Assembly: GCA_013265495.1 (NCBI GenBank)
Contig: MU057521.1
Location: 1,500,335 to 1,564,334 of the forward strand
Length of the DNA stretch: 64,000 bases
Direction of reading: 5' to 3'
Origin: Vicugna vicugna
Taxonomy: Eukaryota
Positions 29,225 to 42,481 of this stretch are shown here, in pieces. Both the position numbers and the translations under genes were made by a program. The notes beneath the pieces are model-generated. The model was given only the letters and a program-made list of their open reading frames with translations. It had not been told where the DNA came from and ran no database searches. The stretch's first letter is position 1; each line of letters opens with the position of its first letter.

Positions 29225-31245
29225 TTAATCTCCAGATCTTGATCTGCTACTTGAAATTGGGGGGTAGGGGTGGGGTGAGGTGGGGGGGCTGGGTGGTTCT
29301 TCATTAATTTTCTTTTTCCTCTTGCAGCTCCAACTTGAATCGCTGTAAAAGGGCTCAGCCAGCGTCTCATCAAAAGAAATTGCTAATTGGGCAGCAGCGC
29401 CACATGGTGGGGAAGGAGGGCAATGCAAGCAAGCAGATGTTACTGCCCACTGACCTAATTTAGAGAAAACTGAACAGAAGACAGAAAACATTTGAGATTG
29501 TAAGCCTGTGCCCAGAACCTTAAAGAATGCAGGAATCTGGCCATAAAAGTACTTTGAGCAGTCTCCTCTTTCAGCCACTGCAATCTCAGTTTGTTACACA
29601 CATCTTAAATGAACGGATGGTACTTTACAGTTTCCTTTGCACTCTCCTCTGTGCTCATTGCTCAGCACGACTGTGAAGGGTGTGGGATCTTCCTCCTCCC
29701 TGTTTTACAGATTAGGAACTCGCGGTTCAGAGGGGTTCAGTGCCAGTGATGAAGGCCAGGCCCCAACTTCAGGTTAGTGCTTACCTCCCGCACGACTTCG
29801 GCCGCGCCAAGTGCTTCTCTGCTGAACCCAGGGCCCTGATCTTTTAAACCCTATGAAGCCTATAGAAAATGATAGGCACCCATGGTCTTAGCAGCCACGG
29901 GGCCTCTGGATTCCTGAGGGAGGACCGGGCCGGGTCCCGGTTGATCAGAATTGTATATCCGTCGAAGGATTTGAAAACACCAGGTGAGGGAAAGACTGCA
30001 GAGCTGGGAAACGTCAGGACTTCCAGAGCTAGGCTGTGAGCATTTGCCTGTCTCAACTCCGCCTACACCCAAGGTTTTAAACATTTCAGAACACGAAGTT
30101 TTGCTCTGCAAAGATTTTCATTATCCCCAGATGTCTTGGTAAATTGAGCATTTAGTGAATATTCCATTAATTTTAAGACTTCAGAACTTAAGAAATGAAG
30201 TAGCAGGACCAGCAGAAAAGACACTTAACTGCCAGTATTTTTATAGCTCTGACATTTGCATACAGATTGTCCCAGGCACTCCCTCTCCCAGCCTCTGCTA
30301 CTCAAAGACACTCAAAAGCCAAGAATGACAGCGGCACAGTCACCTTCAAGCAGGAACAGTGACAGTCACACCCACCCCAAAAGCCTTTCAGAGTGCTCAG
30401 AATGCCACCAGGTCACCTAGTAGTTACTTAGTGCCCATTCTTGCCAGCATGTCAGTGTTGGGTCATACTCGTGACATGGTAACTCAATTGTGCACAACGT
30501 GGTACCAACAAAGCCTTGTTCCCAGCACCCACCCACAGGACGTGTGACCTCTCTAGGTTAATTCACAGAGCGGGGACAACATTCACCTTGTTAGAAGAGT
30601 TACAAGGATTAAATCTGCCAAAATCCATAAAGCACTATGGCTGACACATAGTAGGTGCTCAGTAAATTCATGATGGCAGCAAATACGTTAATGCCCCTCA
30701 CAGGCCAGACACAGTTCAGCCTCAACTGTGTGAGATGGGTACTCCGCCCCATTTTACAGTTGGGGAAATTGAGGCACAAAGGCTGACTACGTGTCTGAGG
30801 ACCCAGAGCAATTGAGCGACAGGGCTGGGATCGGACCCCGCTGCTCTTAGCCCCTGGCCCCAGGATGTTACACAAGCCCTGCGCTGGGTGGGGCGGCGGG
30901 ACCCGGGCTGGCTCTGCCTTGCACTCTGTCGCCTTGAATAATGGCCCTGAAAAGCTGGTAGAACCAGAGATAAATGACCTCAAAATCCTGTGACTTGAAG
31001 CTTGCTTTCTCACTTGAAATGATTTATCAGGTTTTTATTCTTCTTTACCTTTAACACATATTTGGTTTAACTGATTTGAAGTCTTTTTTGGGTGTGTTGG
31101 GAACAGAGACCCAGACCATATGCTGATGGGAGGGCAACTGTTTTCAGGTCCTTAGGAATAAGGAACACCCCCCCCAACCCCATCCCAGGTTTTAAACATA
31201 CATCACTATCACCTGTTGGCGCATGTTGGGCTGTGGGGCCAGCCA

Positions 31246-31263
31246 GACACTAGGTGGCAGCAC
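31246..31263 (+). promoter_or_regulatory. Second CTCF-like motif
   Basis: GACACTAGGTGGCAGCAC, one mismatch to the core consensus; same orientation as the 28661 site. Confidence 0.55.
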
Positions 31264-31444
31264 CGAGTCCTGACCACCCATCCCGCTGAGAAGCAGGGGC
31301 TCTCACATCAGGTCTCTAGGCTCTTCTCTACTTGTACTGATCAAGTTTTCATTTGGGGGCCTTTCAGCCAAAAAATAAAGCTCACATACCGAGGCCTGTG
31401 CTGAAAGACACATGGTCAGCCATAGCTCACAGGCAGGCAAAACG

Positions 31445-31703
31445 TAGGGATCAGCACACTAGGACCCACAGCTGAGAATGGTTTTGACATCTTTAAATGA
31501 TTGAAAGTAATTTTTCATGACACACAAAAGGACACATGTCAGTGTCCACAAATAAAGTTGATCAGAACACAGCCACTCTCGTCTGTCTTGTTACGGTTGC
31601 TTTCGTCAGAAACGGCCAAGTGGAGCACTTACAACAGAGACCACGTGGCCCTCGAGGCCTGAAATGCTGTCTGTCCCTGGATGGAAAAAGCTTGCCGCCC
31701 CCG
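31445..31703. mobile_element. MER58-like hAT DNA transposon remnant
   Basis: aataaagttg..gaacacagccac...acaacagagacc..gtggccc...aaaagcttgccg.ccc resembles recalled MER58. Confidence 0.65.
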
Positions 31704-33959
31704 ACATGCACCAACTTTATCTAAATGAGGATACGCTCTACAGCGTCTTTAAGGGCCCGTGTGCGCGTGTAGGACTCTGCCCTGTCCTGCCTGGTGCTGG
31801 GTCCCTCAGCACACTGCAGCCACACCTGGTGCTGGAGGACAATGTGCACATGTTCAACTAGCCACTTAGCAGATATTTCTCGGCTGGGAGGTTAGCATGT
31901 GGTTAGGGGCATAACCAGCTTCAAGCCGGTCACAGGCCGAGGGATCCTAGTGGGTGGAGAGGTGAACTCTGCCTACTGAGACTTGAGGAAGGGTTTTCAA
32001 AGGCCCCAGCACTTCCACTGGGCCCTAAACAAGTGAGATAGTGAAGAGGTGAAAGGTGGCAAAGGAAACACCATGGAAGATGGATTTCAGAAAAAGCACT
32101 GCTGAGGCTGTGCTGGATAGAGAAGGTGGCAGGTCGCGGTGCCAGGAAGAGCAGGGAGGCGTGGACAGGGGCGGGCGTGTGGGGAGGGGTAGCCTGACAC
32201 AGACAGGTAGGTGTCCGGGAGGGAGCCGGGAGGAGAAGCAGATTTGAAAAGGAAAATGTGGGTGCTCCCCTCATGCTGAGTTTGTGCTGCTTGAGTGGCA
32301 CCTGGTCATCCAGTGCTTGTCTCCAAGTTGGATCACCTGCAGCAGAACCAGGGGAAGGAAGGGGTTAACTAAGAACACAGACCTAGAGAATGAAAGTTCC
32401 CAAATTTGACTTTGGTGTTCAAGAGGCAAGGCAGGGGATGTCAAAGCAGATCCAACAAAGAAGGTCGGGAAGAATTTTGAGACACTGGACAGTGTGTCCT
32501 GAAGACCAAAGATAAATGTCAAGAATGAAATGGTCCTTACTGCCATATACAGTAGAGATCAGGGGTCACAACTGGGAGTGTGGCAATCACAGGTCACTGG
32601 TGACTTTAAGAGGGCAGGTATAGCAGACTGGAGGGGAGTGGGGAAAGGGGTTGAGAGTAGAACCAGAGGAAGACACCGGTGAATAGAGAACGTGAGGATG
32701 GAGCTGGCATCGCTGGCATATTGTGAATGGCAGAAGTGACCTCCTGGCCTCTCTTCCCCATGAGTGTGCGAGAGGCTGGGGCTTGAGAGTGACCAGGTCT
32801 GGAATGGGAGCCACCAGGCACAGTGTCTAACACCCAGCCTCCCAGAGGGTCGCCTGAGGTTGGGACCATTCACTGGCCGTGCAGCCAGTCCCGCAGGTTG
32901 GGGATTGTCTCTGGTGACGTGGGAAGCCGGGCATAGAGAAGGGTCAGGTCAACGGGGGACCGAGATCTGAGGGGCGCTGCAGTGGTCATGGGTGGACGTC
33001 GCTGCCTCTTTGAGGCTCTCCTTTCTCCTTTCTCATCACTCTCCTCACAAGCCGCCTTAAGTTCCCACGAGGAGCCTGGCAGCCCCGCAGCAGCTCTGGC
33101 CGGGTCCCCAGGACCCCGCCTCCTACCCTCCTCGGTCTTTGCTTTACTGCTCTTAGTTCTGTCCCCAGCTTCCAGGGTATGGGTCCCAGGTTAAGTCCCA
33201 GGAGACCTGAACCTTATCCACAAGTCACAGCTAGATCTCCGGTAACCCGCAGGCGCCCAGCAAGCCAGGGACAGAAGAGAGCCCCGGGGCCACCAGAGGA
33301 GTGGTCCACACAGTGCGTCAGGCAGCAGCCGAGGCCCGCAGCGCAACCGCCCGGGTCGGACCCAAGTGAGACAAGGTGAGCGCTGAAACTTGCCTTTCGC
33401 TTCATCGGGGGTGAGGGGAGGGAGGGCAGTTTGCTAAACCCAGGAGAACAACTCAGTTTCTGGGGCCATGTTTAAACCGTCAGGACAAGCACTGCCCCAA
33501 GGACCGGTTACAGAGAAGTGATGGCATAACTGTGCTGTTTCTCAGGTGGTCCGCAGACGACCAACCTCGCTCTGGTTGCTACTCATTTTCAAGGCAGGGT
33601 AATGCAGTGGTGTGAATCCCGAGGCTGTAGCCTGAGCTGGGGCCTCTGAGCAAGCTCCCTTACCTGTGAACAAGGATTATGAGGATGCCCTCGAGCTGTG
33701 TGAGGGTTTAAACGTTCCAACGTGGCACCCAGCGCACAGAGAGCACTAAACACGTTATGTTTCCTTTAAAAATATTTTCTAATTCAAAACTCACCTCCCT
33801 ATTTTAGCGCTTGTCAAAATTAGGAGTGCCTCCCTTCTTTGGATTAGACTGTGCTTTGTATCAGCTGCTATTTTTATTTTACATAATTGCCATCTCCTAT
33901 ACATGCATTTTCTTTTTTTTTTTCTTGATGAAGTATCAGTATTGGCTCATCAATTATTA

Positions 33960-34880
33960 CTATGTAAGTCCATGGTTTACATCAGGGTCCACTCTCGGTC
34001 TTGTACATTCTGTGGGTTTTGACAAATGTATAATGACATGTATCTACTACTGTGGTATCACACAGAATAGCTTCACTGCCCTAAAAACCCCCTGTGCTCC
34101 GCCTATTCACCCCTCCCGCCCACCCCTGGCAACCACTGATCATTTCACTGTCTCTGTAGTTTTGCCTTTTCCAGACTGGCATATAGTTGGAATCACACAG
34201 TATGTAGCCTTTCCAAATTGGCTCCTTTCACTTAGTGATACGCATTTAAGTTTCTTCCATCTCTTTTCATGGCTCAACAGTTCATTTCTTTTTTTGCTGA
34301 ATAATCCACTGTCCGGATGTGCCGGTTTGTTTATCCATTCACCTCCCGAAGGACATCTTGGTTGCTTACAGGTTTGGGCATTTATGATTACCGCTGCTCT
34401 AAACACCTGTGTGCAGGTTTTTGTGCAGACGTAAGTTGTTCACCCCATTTGGGTAAATGCCAAGGGGTGCAACTGCTGGAGTACATGGTAAGGCATGTTT
34501 AGTCTTGTAGGAAACTGCCACCCTGTCTTCCTGTGTCTGCACCATTCTGCATCCTCATCCACAGTCAAGGGGAGTTCGTGTTGCTCTACCACCTCACCAG
34601 CATTTGGTGTTGTCACTGTGCTGGGTTTTCGCCACTATAGTAAGTATGGAGCAGCATCCATGGTTGTGTGAGTTTGCAATTCCCTAGTGGCATGTGATGT
34701 GCAGCATGTTTTTAATCTTTTCAGTCACCTTTTTGGTGAGGTGTCTGTTCAGATCTTTGGCTAATTTTTAAAATTGGGTTGTCTTCTTATTGTTGAGTTT
34801 TAAGACTTCTTTGTATGTTTTATATACCAGTCCTTTGTCAAGTAGGTGTTTTGCAAATATTCTCTCCTTGTCTTTTCATT
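33960..34880 (-). mobile_element. L1MC-like fragment (3' UTR and ORF2 end)
   Basis: gtacattctgtgggttttgacaaatgtataatgacatgtatc...gaaggacatcttggttgc; minus-strand ORF 34140..34406 has L1 ORF2 C-terminal-like text (KQPRCPSGGEWINK). Confidence 0.85.
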
Positions 34881-36244
34881 CTTTTAATGCTTTGTTCTTT
34901 TTATTGCAATGAAATGGGAAGGTGGGGACACAAAGGGTCAGAGACTAGAGGGTCCCACTCTGGCTTTACCATGAGATGCAGCAGCAGGTGCCTCCAGGGG
35001 TACTTGCTTGTGCAGCAGCAGCGTGCAGTGGCTGCCAAGCCCTCAACCCAGAGCTGGGGCTCACCTCGCAGCTGGGTGGGACCCTGGAGGCTTCCAAGTT
35101 CCTCCTGTGTAGGGAACAGCAGGCTGTTAGGGGCCCCTGCTGACCCTTTTATTTACTTGCCCAGAGGACAAGAATTGTGGCCTACAGTGATGTCCCCACG
35201 TAACTTCTTCACCCTTATTTGGGACACAGAAGACTGAGGTCTTCCAAAGAGTGTTTACAGAGACACGCACAGCAAGAGAAGTCAGCTGCTTCACACTCAG
35301 CTTCAAGCGGGGCTGCAGGTGTTGCCTATGCTCCTCGGGGTGGCCGGGCCTCCTTTCTGGACCACACGCATAGACCCGGGTGGGGTCTCGGCAGAACAAA
35401 AGACAACAGAGCTTCCCCCGGGAGGGAAAACCATCACGCCAAGTGGACCCAGCTGCTCCACGGAGGGGCTCTGCCTGCCGGTCTCCAGAACACTCCTCCC
35501 ATCCCACCCACCTCGTGATAAATTGAGACGATGTCCCAGGGCTTCCGAATAGCTGAGTATCTTCTCTGGAGTTCAATATCAAAATAGGCATATTTCTGGC
35601 TACGCTGAAAAACCTGGTGAAGAGGACATGAACTGCTCTAGAGTGCCTGAGATCCCTGCGGTAAGAAATTGTGCCCGGCTGGTTCTGAATCCCAGTTTCC
35701 TCTTAAATCGGACTTTCCACCTAATAGGAAGTGCAAGTGTGTTTAGTCTGGCAAAGATGATCATAATTCTTGATTGAGAACAGTTGGAAAACGCCCTTCA
35801 CATGGAGGGAAATCAGTGGAGCACAGTGCTTCTCCCAGTGCCACCCAGGGACCACCCGGGAGGCCTGGGAAATGCAGGCGTCAGGGCGCAGCCTGGCCGC
35901 ACCTCGCACAGAGCACCTGGGGGAGGGCGGGAGACTGTGCCCTTCACAGGCTCTCCATCCAGATGCACATCGATTTTGAAAATCATTACGTTAAAAGCAC
36001 AAACTTTAGAAGCCTGGCTTTAGATCTTGACTGTCACCCAGTAGCCATGTGACTTTGGACGAATATTTAAATGAATTCATTATCTGCAAAATGGGAATAA
36101 TAAATGGGTTGTAGAGACACAAAGCTAAAGGGTCTGAAACATGCACTGAAACACGAGAGGTCCTCAGAAGACAAAGAAGTGTGTTTCAGGAAATGTAGCC
36201 AGTCTCCTTCCTCTGCTGCGGTGTTCGCTTTGTTTCACGTGACA

Positions 36245-36480
36245 CGATAATGGCTAGCTTTTTTGAGTCCTTGTCATTTATCAGGCATTATTCTAAGCAC
36301 TTTGTGTATTATTAATCCTCAAACAGTCCTATAAAATCGGTATAATTATGATACTCGTGTTGATACCCATTTTATAGATGAAGAAACGGAGGCAAGGGCA
36401 GGTTAAGCAAATTGACTGCTCAGTTGACAAACTGGGATTTGATGCTGGACCTTGGAGCCTGGAGCTCTCTTCTTGGGCCT
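36245..36480 (-). mobile_element. MIR SINE fragment
   Basis: cccattttatagatgaagaaacggaggca, the MIR core. Confidence 0.7.
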
Positions 36481-36719
36481 CCAGCCCTTAAAGACCTGAT
36501 GATAAACTGACAGAAGAAGTGAAGTCCATGTACTGAGAAACAGGGGAGGTTTAACTGCCTCACAACCGCATGGTCAGAATGGAATTTTCGAGTGGTCGCT
36601 GGTGTGGAGACGAAGGCAGAGCATTTTCTCTCAGGACACAAGCAGTACCCCTCCTGAGCCTAAGCCCGAGAGGTCCAACCTTGTAGCCACAGTTTTTCAG
36701 ATTTAAATCAGTCCATCTA

Positions 36720-36888
36720 TGGAAGAGCACAGAGAGTCCAGATGTAGACCCACAGGTAACTGATGTGACAAAGGTGCAGAGGTGACTCAGTGTATAAAGG
36801 ATAGTCTTTTCAACAAATGGCACTGAAACAACTGGATATCCATAAGTGAAAACATCAATCCCTACCTCGCACTGTATGTAAAAATTAA
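36720..36888 (+). mobile_element. Host L1 ORF2 fragment (left part)
   Basis: aaaggatagtcttttcaacaaatggcactgaaacaactggatatcc, corresponding to the L1 ORF2 KDSLFNKW region. Confidence 0.75.
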
Positions 36889-38788
36889 GGCTGGGGTCTA
36901 GGCTGACCCTGAAGCCCACAGTGGACCCAGGGGCGCGACCACACATGACCCCAGCAGGTCCTGGTGCCCAACTTCAGTGGATCTGCGCCAGTGAGCACAG
37001 TGCACGAAGGGCTCGTTCTTGCGGCTGAGGCAGGGCAGAGGGCAGTGCCACACAACAGGTGACAGGCGACACCACAGACGGCACTTCCTGGAGGACACCT
37101 CCCGAGAAGTACTCAGCAGCTCCTCTCCCAGCAGAAGTGCTCCAGCCCCGCCTACCACACACAGCAGCTCAGGAACGATCTCGGGGCTCGTGCTGCAGCA
37201 ACTGGGGAGCAGGCCCAGCCCCCGACAGGGCTGTGACAGCCACAGAGCAAAGAGGAGGCCCCGCTCGACCTCCAGTGCAGGCCTGTCACACCAATCACAC
37301 CCCGTCAAGGGGATAACAGCCAGCACACGTGGAGGAAAGATAAGGCAGGCATCCATAATAAAAAGCCCTCGTAAAACGAATACAAGACACACAGGCTTCA
37401 CAAGGATGCTCCCCACACAGAAACAGCCCTTCAAGACCACAGTAGATAACTATAACTCCTAAATACACAGAGTAAGAGAAATAAGTCAAATGAAGAAGAG
37501 AACTACTCACAATTAAAAGAATAAGAGAAATCCCCTGAAAGAACAATGAACTAGATCTCTCCATTCTACCAGAACTTGAGTTCAAAAAGGAGATAATAAA
37601 AATACTGAAGCAGAATTAAGAGAGGCTATTGATAGAAATGCAGGTTACTGTAAAAAGGAACTAAAAACCACAAAGAGGAGTTAAAAATCAGAAAACCCAA
37701 CTGCAGAGTTGAAAGCCTAGCTGAAAGGCAATAAATAGCAGAATAAATAATGCTGAGGAATGAATAAGTGATCTGGAAGACAGAATAATGGAAATCACCC
37801 AATCAGAACAGCAGGCAGAGGAAGAAATGAAAAAATGAGAGCACTGTAAGAGGCCCATGGGCTAATATAAGATGTGCCAATCTATGCGTAATAGGGGTCC
37901 CAGAAGGAGAAGAAAGAGAAAAGGGTATTGAAAACATATTTGAAGAAATTATGGCTGAAAACTTCCCAAACCTAAAGAAGCAAATAGATGTCCAGGTACA
38001 GCAAGCACAAAAGGGTTCCAAACAAGATGCACCTCAAAAAACCTACACCAAGACGTATGGTTGGAGTGGCAAGATATACTCAAAGTCCTGAAAGAGAAAG
38101 ACCTAAAGCCTAGGATACTCTACCCAGAAAGATGATCACTTAGAATAGAAGGAGAGAGAAAGAATTTCTCAGACAAGCAAAAACTAAAGGAATATAGCAA
38201 TACTAAATCTACTCTAAAATAAACAGGTAGGTTTATCCTCTAAATAAACAAGTCTTCTCTAAGCAGAAAAGGGGCAAGAATCTACAGAAAAGAGAAAAAT
38301 CACAATTGGAAATGCAATAACTATAATGAACAGCAACAGAATAAACATGAAGCTGTAAAAGAGGACATCAAAAAACATGGGGGAGGGGAGGAAGAAAATG
38401 TAGATTTTTCTTTTCGAATATGTTTGAACCTATGTAAGTACCAGTCTAAAACAAGTATAGTAACGGGTTAACATACTTGAAAAACGGAGTAACCACAGAT
38501 TAAAAACATACAATAGGCACAAAAACTAAAAACAGAAGAACTCAAGTAACGGGTGGGGAATGAGGGGAGGAAAAACAGCTCAGGATTAGGAGATATGAAC
38601 TATTATATACAGAATAGATAAATAACAAGGCCCTCCTGTAGAGCACAGGGAACTGTATTCAATAGCTTGTAATAACCTATAATGAAAAATAATATGGAAA
38701 AATACATGTATTTTTAACAATCACTATGCTGTACACCAGAAACTAACAATACTGTAAATCAACTATATTTCAATAAACAAAAAGAAAA
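36889..38788 (+). mobile_element. L1-derived element lacking ORF2 (HAL1/half-L1-like): GC-rich 5' region, decayed ORF1, spacer, L1 3' tail
   Basis: ORF1 remnant from ~37490 (IGVPEGEEREKGIENIFEEIMAENFPNLK at 37891; PRILYP at ~38109); direct jump near 38550 to an artiodactyl L1-type 3' end; AATAAA at 38772 followed by an A-rich tail. Confidence 0.7.
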
Positions 38789-38794
38789 CATAAT

Positions 38795-39500
38795 GAAAAG
38801 TGAGCAAAAGATAGGAACGCTTCATCAAAGAAAATGTCCAATAAGCCTATGAAAAGATGCCCAGCATACCAAGTGCTGGCCAGGATGCAGAGGAACGTAA
38901 AACGGGAGGAACGTAAACTGGTACAACCACTTTGGAAAAGTTTTCCAGTTTCTTGCCAAGTTAAACATACTCCTACCATGACCCAGCCATTCTACTTTTA
39001 GAAATTTACCCAACAGAAATGAAAGCTTATGTCTACACAAAGATATGTGGAAGAATGTTCACAGCAGCTTTATTTATTTGTTCATAGCCTAACAGTGGAA
39101 ACAACCCAAATCTCCATCAACAGGTAAAACTATGGTAGCTCCAAACAATGGAATATTATTCAGCAATAAAAATAAACTGAGACACACAACATGGATGCAT
39201 TTCAAAATAATTTGCAGAGTGAAAGAAGCCTGCCCCCCCCACTGCCAAAAGAAGAGTACAGACTGCGTGACTGTATTTACATAATATCCTTGGAAATGCA
39301 AACGAACCTCCCACAGCAGAAAGCAGAACAGTGGTTACTTGAGTGTGGGGGTGGGGCAAGGACCGACAATCACACAGGGGCAGGAGGAAGCTCTGGACAT
39401 GGTAGGTATATTCACTTGATTGTGGTGATCGTTTCATGGGTATAGATGTCAAACATCAATTTTTATACTCTATGTGCAACTTACTGATATCTTATCTCTC
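38795..39500 (+). mobile_element. Host L1 ORF2 end and 3' UTR (right part)
   Basis: gtaaactggtacaaccactttggaaa...gaaacaacccaaatctccatcaacagg...atggaatattattcagcaataaaa. Confidence 0.8.
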
Positions 39501-39529
39501 AAAATAACTTGGGTTTTTTTTAAATGGTT

Positions 39530-39661
39530 AAGTAAAATTTAAAATTCAGTTCCTCAGTTACACTAGTCATACATCAAGTGCTCAAGAGCCATAGTGGCTG
39601 GTGGCTACCATACTGGATAAGAACATTTTCATCACAGGAGAAAGTTCTGTTGAGTAGTGCC
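39530..39661. mobile_element. MER3/MER33-like DNA transposon fragment
   Basis: aaattcagttcctcagttacactag...gtggctaccatactgga...gaaagttctgttgagtagtgc. Confidence 0.6.
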
Positions 39662-40977
39662 GGTTCAAACACAGCATCTCTTGTTCCAGGCTGGCAGGGA
39701 GTTCTAATAAAAAACAATGTCTCTTCAGGCCCAAGTGTCTGCTGCCCTATTTGTCTGCATAGAAAAGTGCAGATGGAGGGGAAGGACACTTGTCAAGCAG
39801 TCATCCCATCAGGACGGGTCATTAGGAAGGGGCCGGGTGACAGGTGCAGCTCCTGCAACTCTGTGGCTGGAGAAACCTGAGGGAAAACTGGGTAGGCCCT
39901 ACTCAGTGACTTGGGAGAAGAGGGAGGAAAGAAAAGAGGGAAAGGAGTATTCAGGCAAAGAGGTAGAGCGGATAAATGGTGGAGTCATAGGAAGTTCAGG
40001 CTCCTCTAGCAAACTTTTGGTTCAAACTGGAAGAGGGAAATGAGGCCCAGAGATGGGAAGGGAGAGGCCCAGGTCTCACCTGGATTAAAGAAAAGAGCCA
40101 GAGCCTGGGGATCCAGGTCTTCCAATGCCACAAATCTAGGTTTTGATGATTAGAAAAGTAAGTATAAAGTATAGTTGAGTGACTAATAATGTTACCTAAC
40201 ACAAGTTCGTGTGCCCAACGACCTGTCTTTCCCATTAGCATTCTGTAGACTGGCAAACATACCAATAACAAATTTCCAAAAACATGTGCTTTTTATAGAA
40301 AATCTCTCAACGTGGCACCAAACATATTTAATAGTAGTCCAAAACACCTTTAGTTTCTCTTTAAAGGGAAGCCAATGTTCAGTAAATAATGTTTCAGTAT
40401 GTTATTTTGTTTGGGAATCACCTATTCAATAAACTTTCATCATTAAACTTAATATAGTACCACTCTAAAATTTCACATTACCAAGTATGAGGGCAGATCA
40501 TTTTTTAAGTAGGCATTCCTAAAACATAATTATTTCTAAGGAGTTCAGCCAAAATCTTTTATTTCATTTGCATTTAATTGTAAGAGTTTCACACCAAGTT
40601 CATTTTTTCCCTGCAGACTCTGCAATGGAAATATAAATGTATTCACCTTCAGTAAACCCAAGTACAATAAAAAAATGTATTGATAATAACAACAAACTTA
40701 AGGTAACTTTAATACCAGGTATTAATTTAATATTGATTTTTTTTATGTAAAGACAGAACCAGAGATCTCAGCTTTTCTGCAGGAGTTTAAAGAAAACTCT
40801 TTTCCCTTGATAGCCCAGGTAGATCATTTATATCTCAAAAGAATAGGAAAAGAAATGCAAATTTCTCCTCTCACTGCTTATACAAAACCCAGCCATCTTG
40901 GCTATTTTCAGAGATTTTTTTCCCCCCAGTTTCCAAATATCCACTTCAGTTTAAAGAAATAACAGTAATAAACAATT

Positions 40978-41004
40978 TATATATATATATATATATATAT
41001 ATAT
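40978..41004. repeat. (TA)n microsatellite
   Basis: About 13 perfect TA units. Confidence 0.95.
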
Positions 41005-42431
41005 GTTTCATTCACATTCACATGCCTCCCTTTCAGCAAAACCAGGTGAGAACAGAATTTGGACACAGGTACTGAGATGCACACACACCCAAGATAAAAG
41101 CCAAGGTAACTGCAAAAGGCCCACTTTGATATACTAGCAGAGTCATCAGGGGCCACTGTTCTCCAGATCTCAGGGAGTACTGAGGCCACACAATGTTACA
41201 AGAAAAATATCATATTTTTCATTTATGAGAGCATAGCTAAAGATCTCCCAGTTTTGCAAAAACACCCCAGGAGACTCTAAGGTAGAACAGAGCTCTGAAT
41301 ACTCCATAATAATTATTCATGGCTAGTGTTGTCAAGCAAATAAATGCAATGAACAATGGTCTCCCAGGATCTGTTCCCAGCCCTAGAAACGGAGATTCCC
41401 AACCAGTGCTCCGTCAGTACAAAAGGGGAGATCTGCAGCCAACGCACCACCACAGGTGAAGCCAATGTAATAGAGGATACACTCACGTAGTCACTGTGAG
41501 TCCCCGTTACTCACTGAAGATGTCTCAGCCAGCCAGTGCAAGTACTGATAAACACACACACCTGCAACAAACATGGTCCCACAAACAAAAGATCAGACAA
41601 GGTGTAGCCCCAAAATTCCACTTCCAGACGGAGGCCTCCAGAGTGGCCCGGCTCCCAAAAAAGAATGGCTCCAGAGTGGCTTGCAATGAGCCCACAATGG
41701 CTCACTTCCCTTTCAGATGAAGCAGGTAGAATTTTCTATCCTGCTCAAGCCAGAGTGACTCACTCCAAAATGATAACACGCAAAAACACAAATAACAAAT
41801 AAGTTATGGTCACACAGACAGAAAATCAGAGGAGGTGTCGCCTAAAAACTCCACTTCCACTCCCAAGCGGAGGCCTCCAAACAGACCGGCCCAGCTCTAG
41901 AAAGAGAAGGCACCCAGAGTGGCTCGCAGTGAGCCCAGAGAGGCTCCCTTCTCCAGTGGAAATGGGCCCAGATGGAGTGGAGAGAATTCCCAGCCCGCGC
42001 AAAAGGTGGAGCCACTCACCTCCAAGCAGCACCAAGTGTGGACTGCAGCTCCGGACATTTCTTGGCTCCAAACGGCCGTGGGCTGGCGTGGCCTTGCCTC
42101 CCAGGGGGAGTCCCTCCTAGTTCTCCGGAGCTAAGTCAGCTAGGGCAGCCGCTGGGACCCAGGGAGGGGGCTGCCCCGGCCGGGTCGACCTGCCACAGGA
42201 ACAGACTCGTAGGCTGGCTTCTTGAGAGCAAGTTCGTGATCCTGTGAGGCCAAACTGAACCTTGGAGTCTAGAGCAGAGAAAGTTTTATTGCATGGCTGG
42301 ACTAGGAGAGTGGGTAGCTCGCGCCCCTCCCTCCACCCCCAACCAAAAAACCCTGAACTCCCTGAAGGGTTTCAGCTGAGCCTTTTTAAAGGGTCAGCTA
42401 AGGGCGGGGCATCCCAGGGCCGTGATCAGCT

Positions 42432-42481
42432 ATTCTGATAGGTTGTGCAATTCTGATAGGTTGTGCAATTCTGATAGGTTG
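42432..42481. repeat. 18-bp tandem repeat ATTCTGATAGGTTGTGCA, about 2.8 copies, inside the LTR
   Basis: Perfect copies seen directly. Confidence 0.95.

Noticed and set aside
33811..34434. 207-aa hydrophobic ORF
   Set aside because: Antisense reading of an L1 3' region
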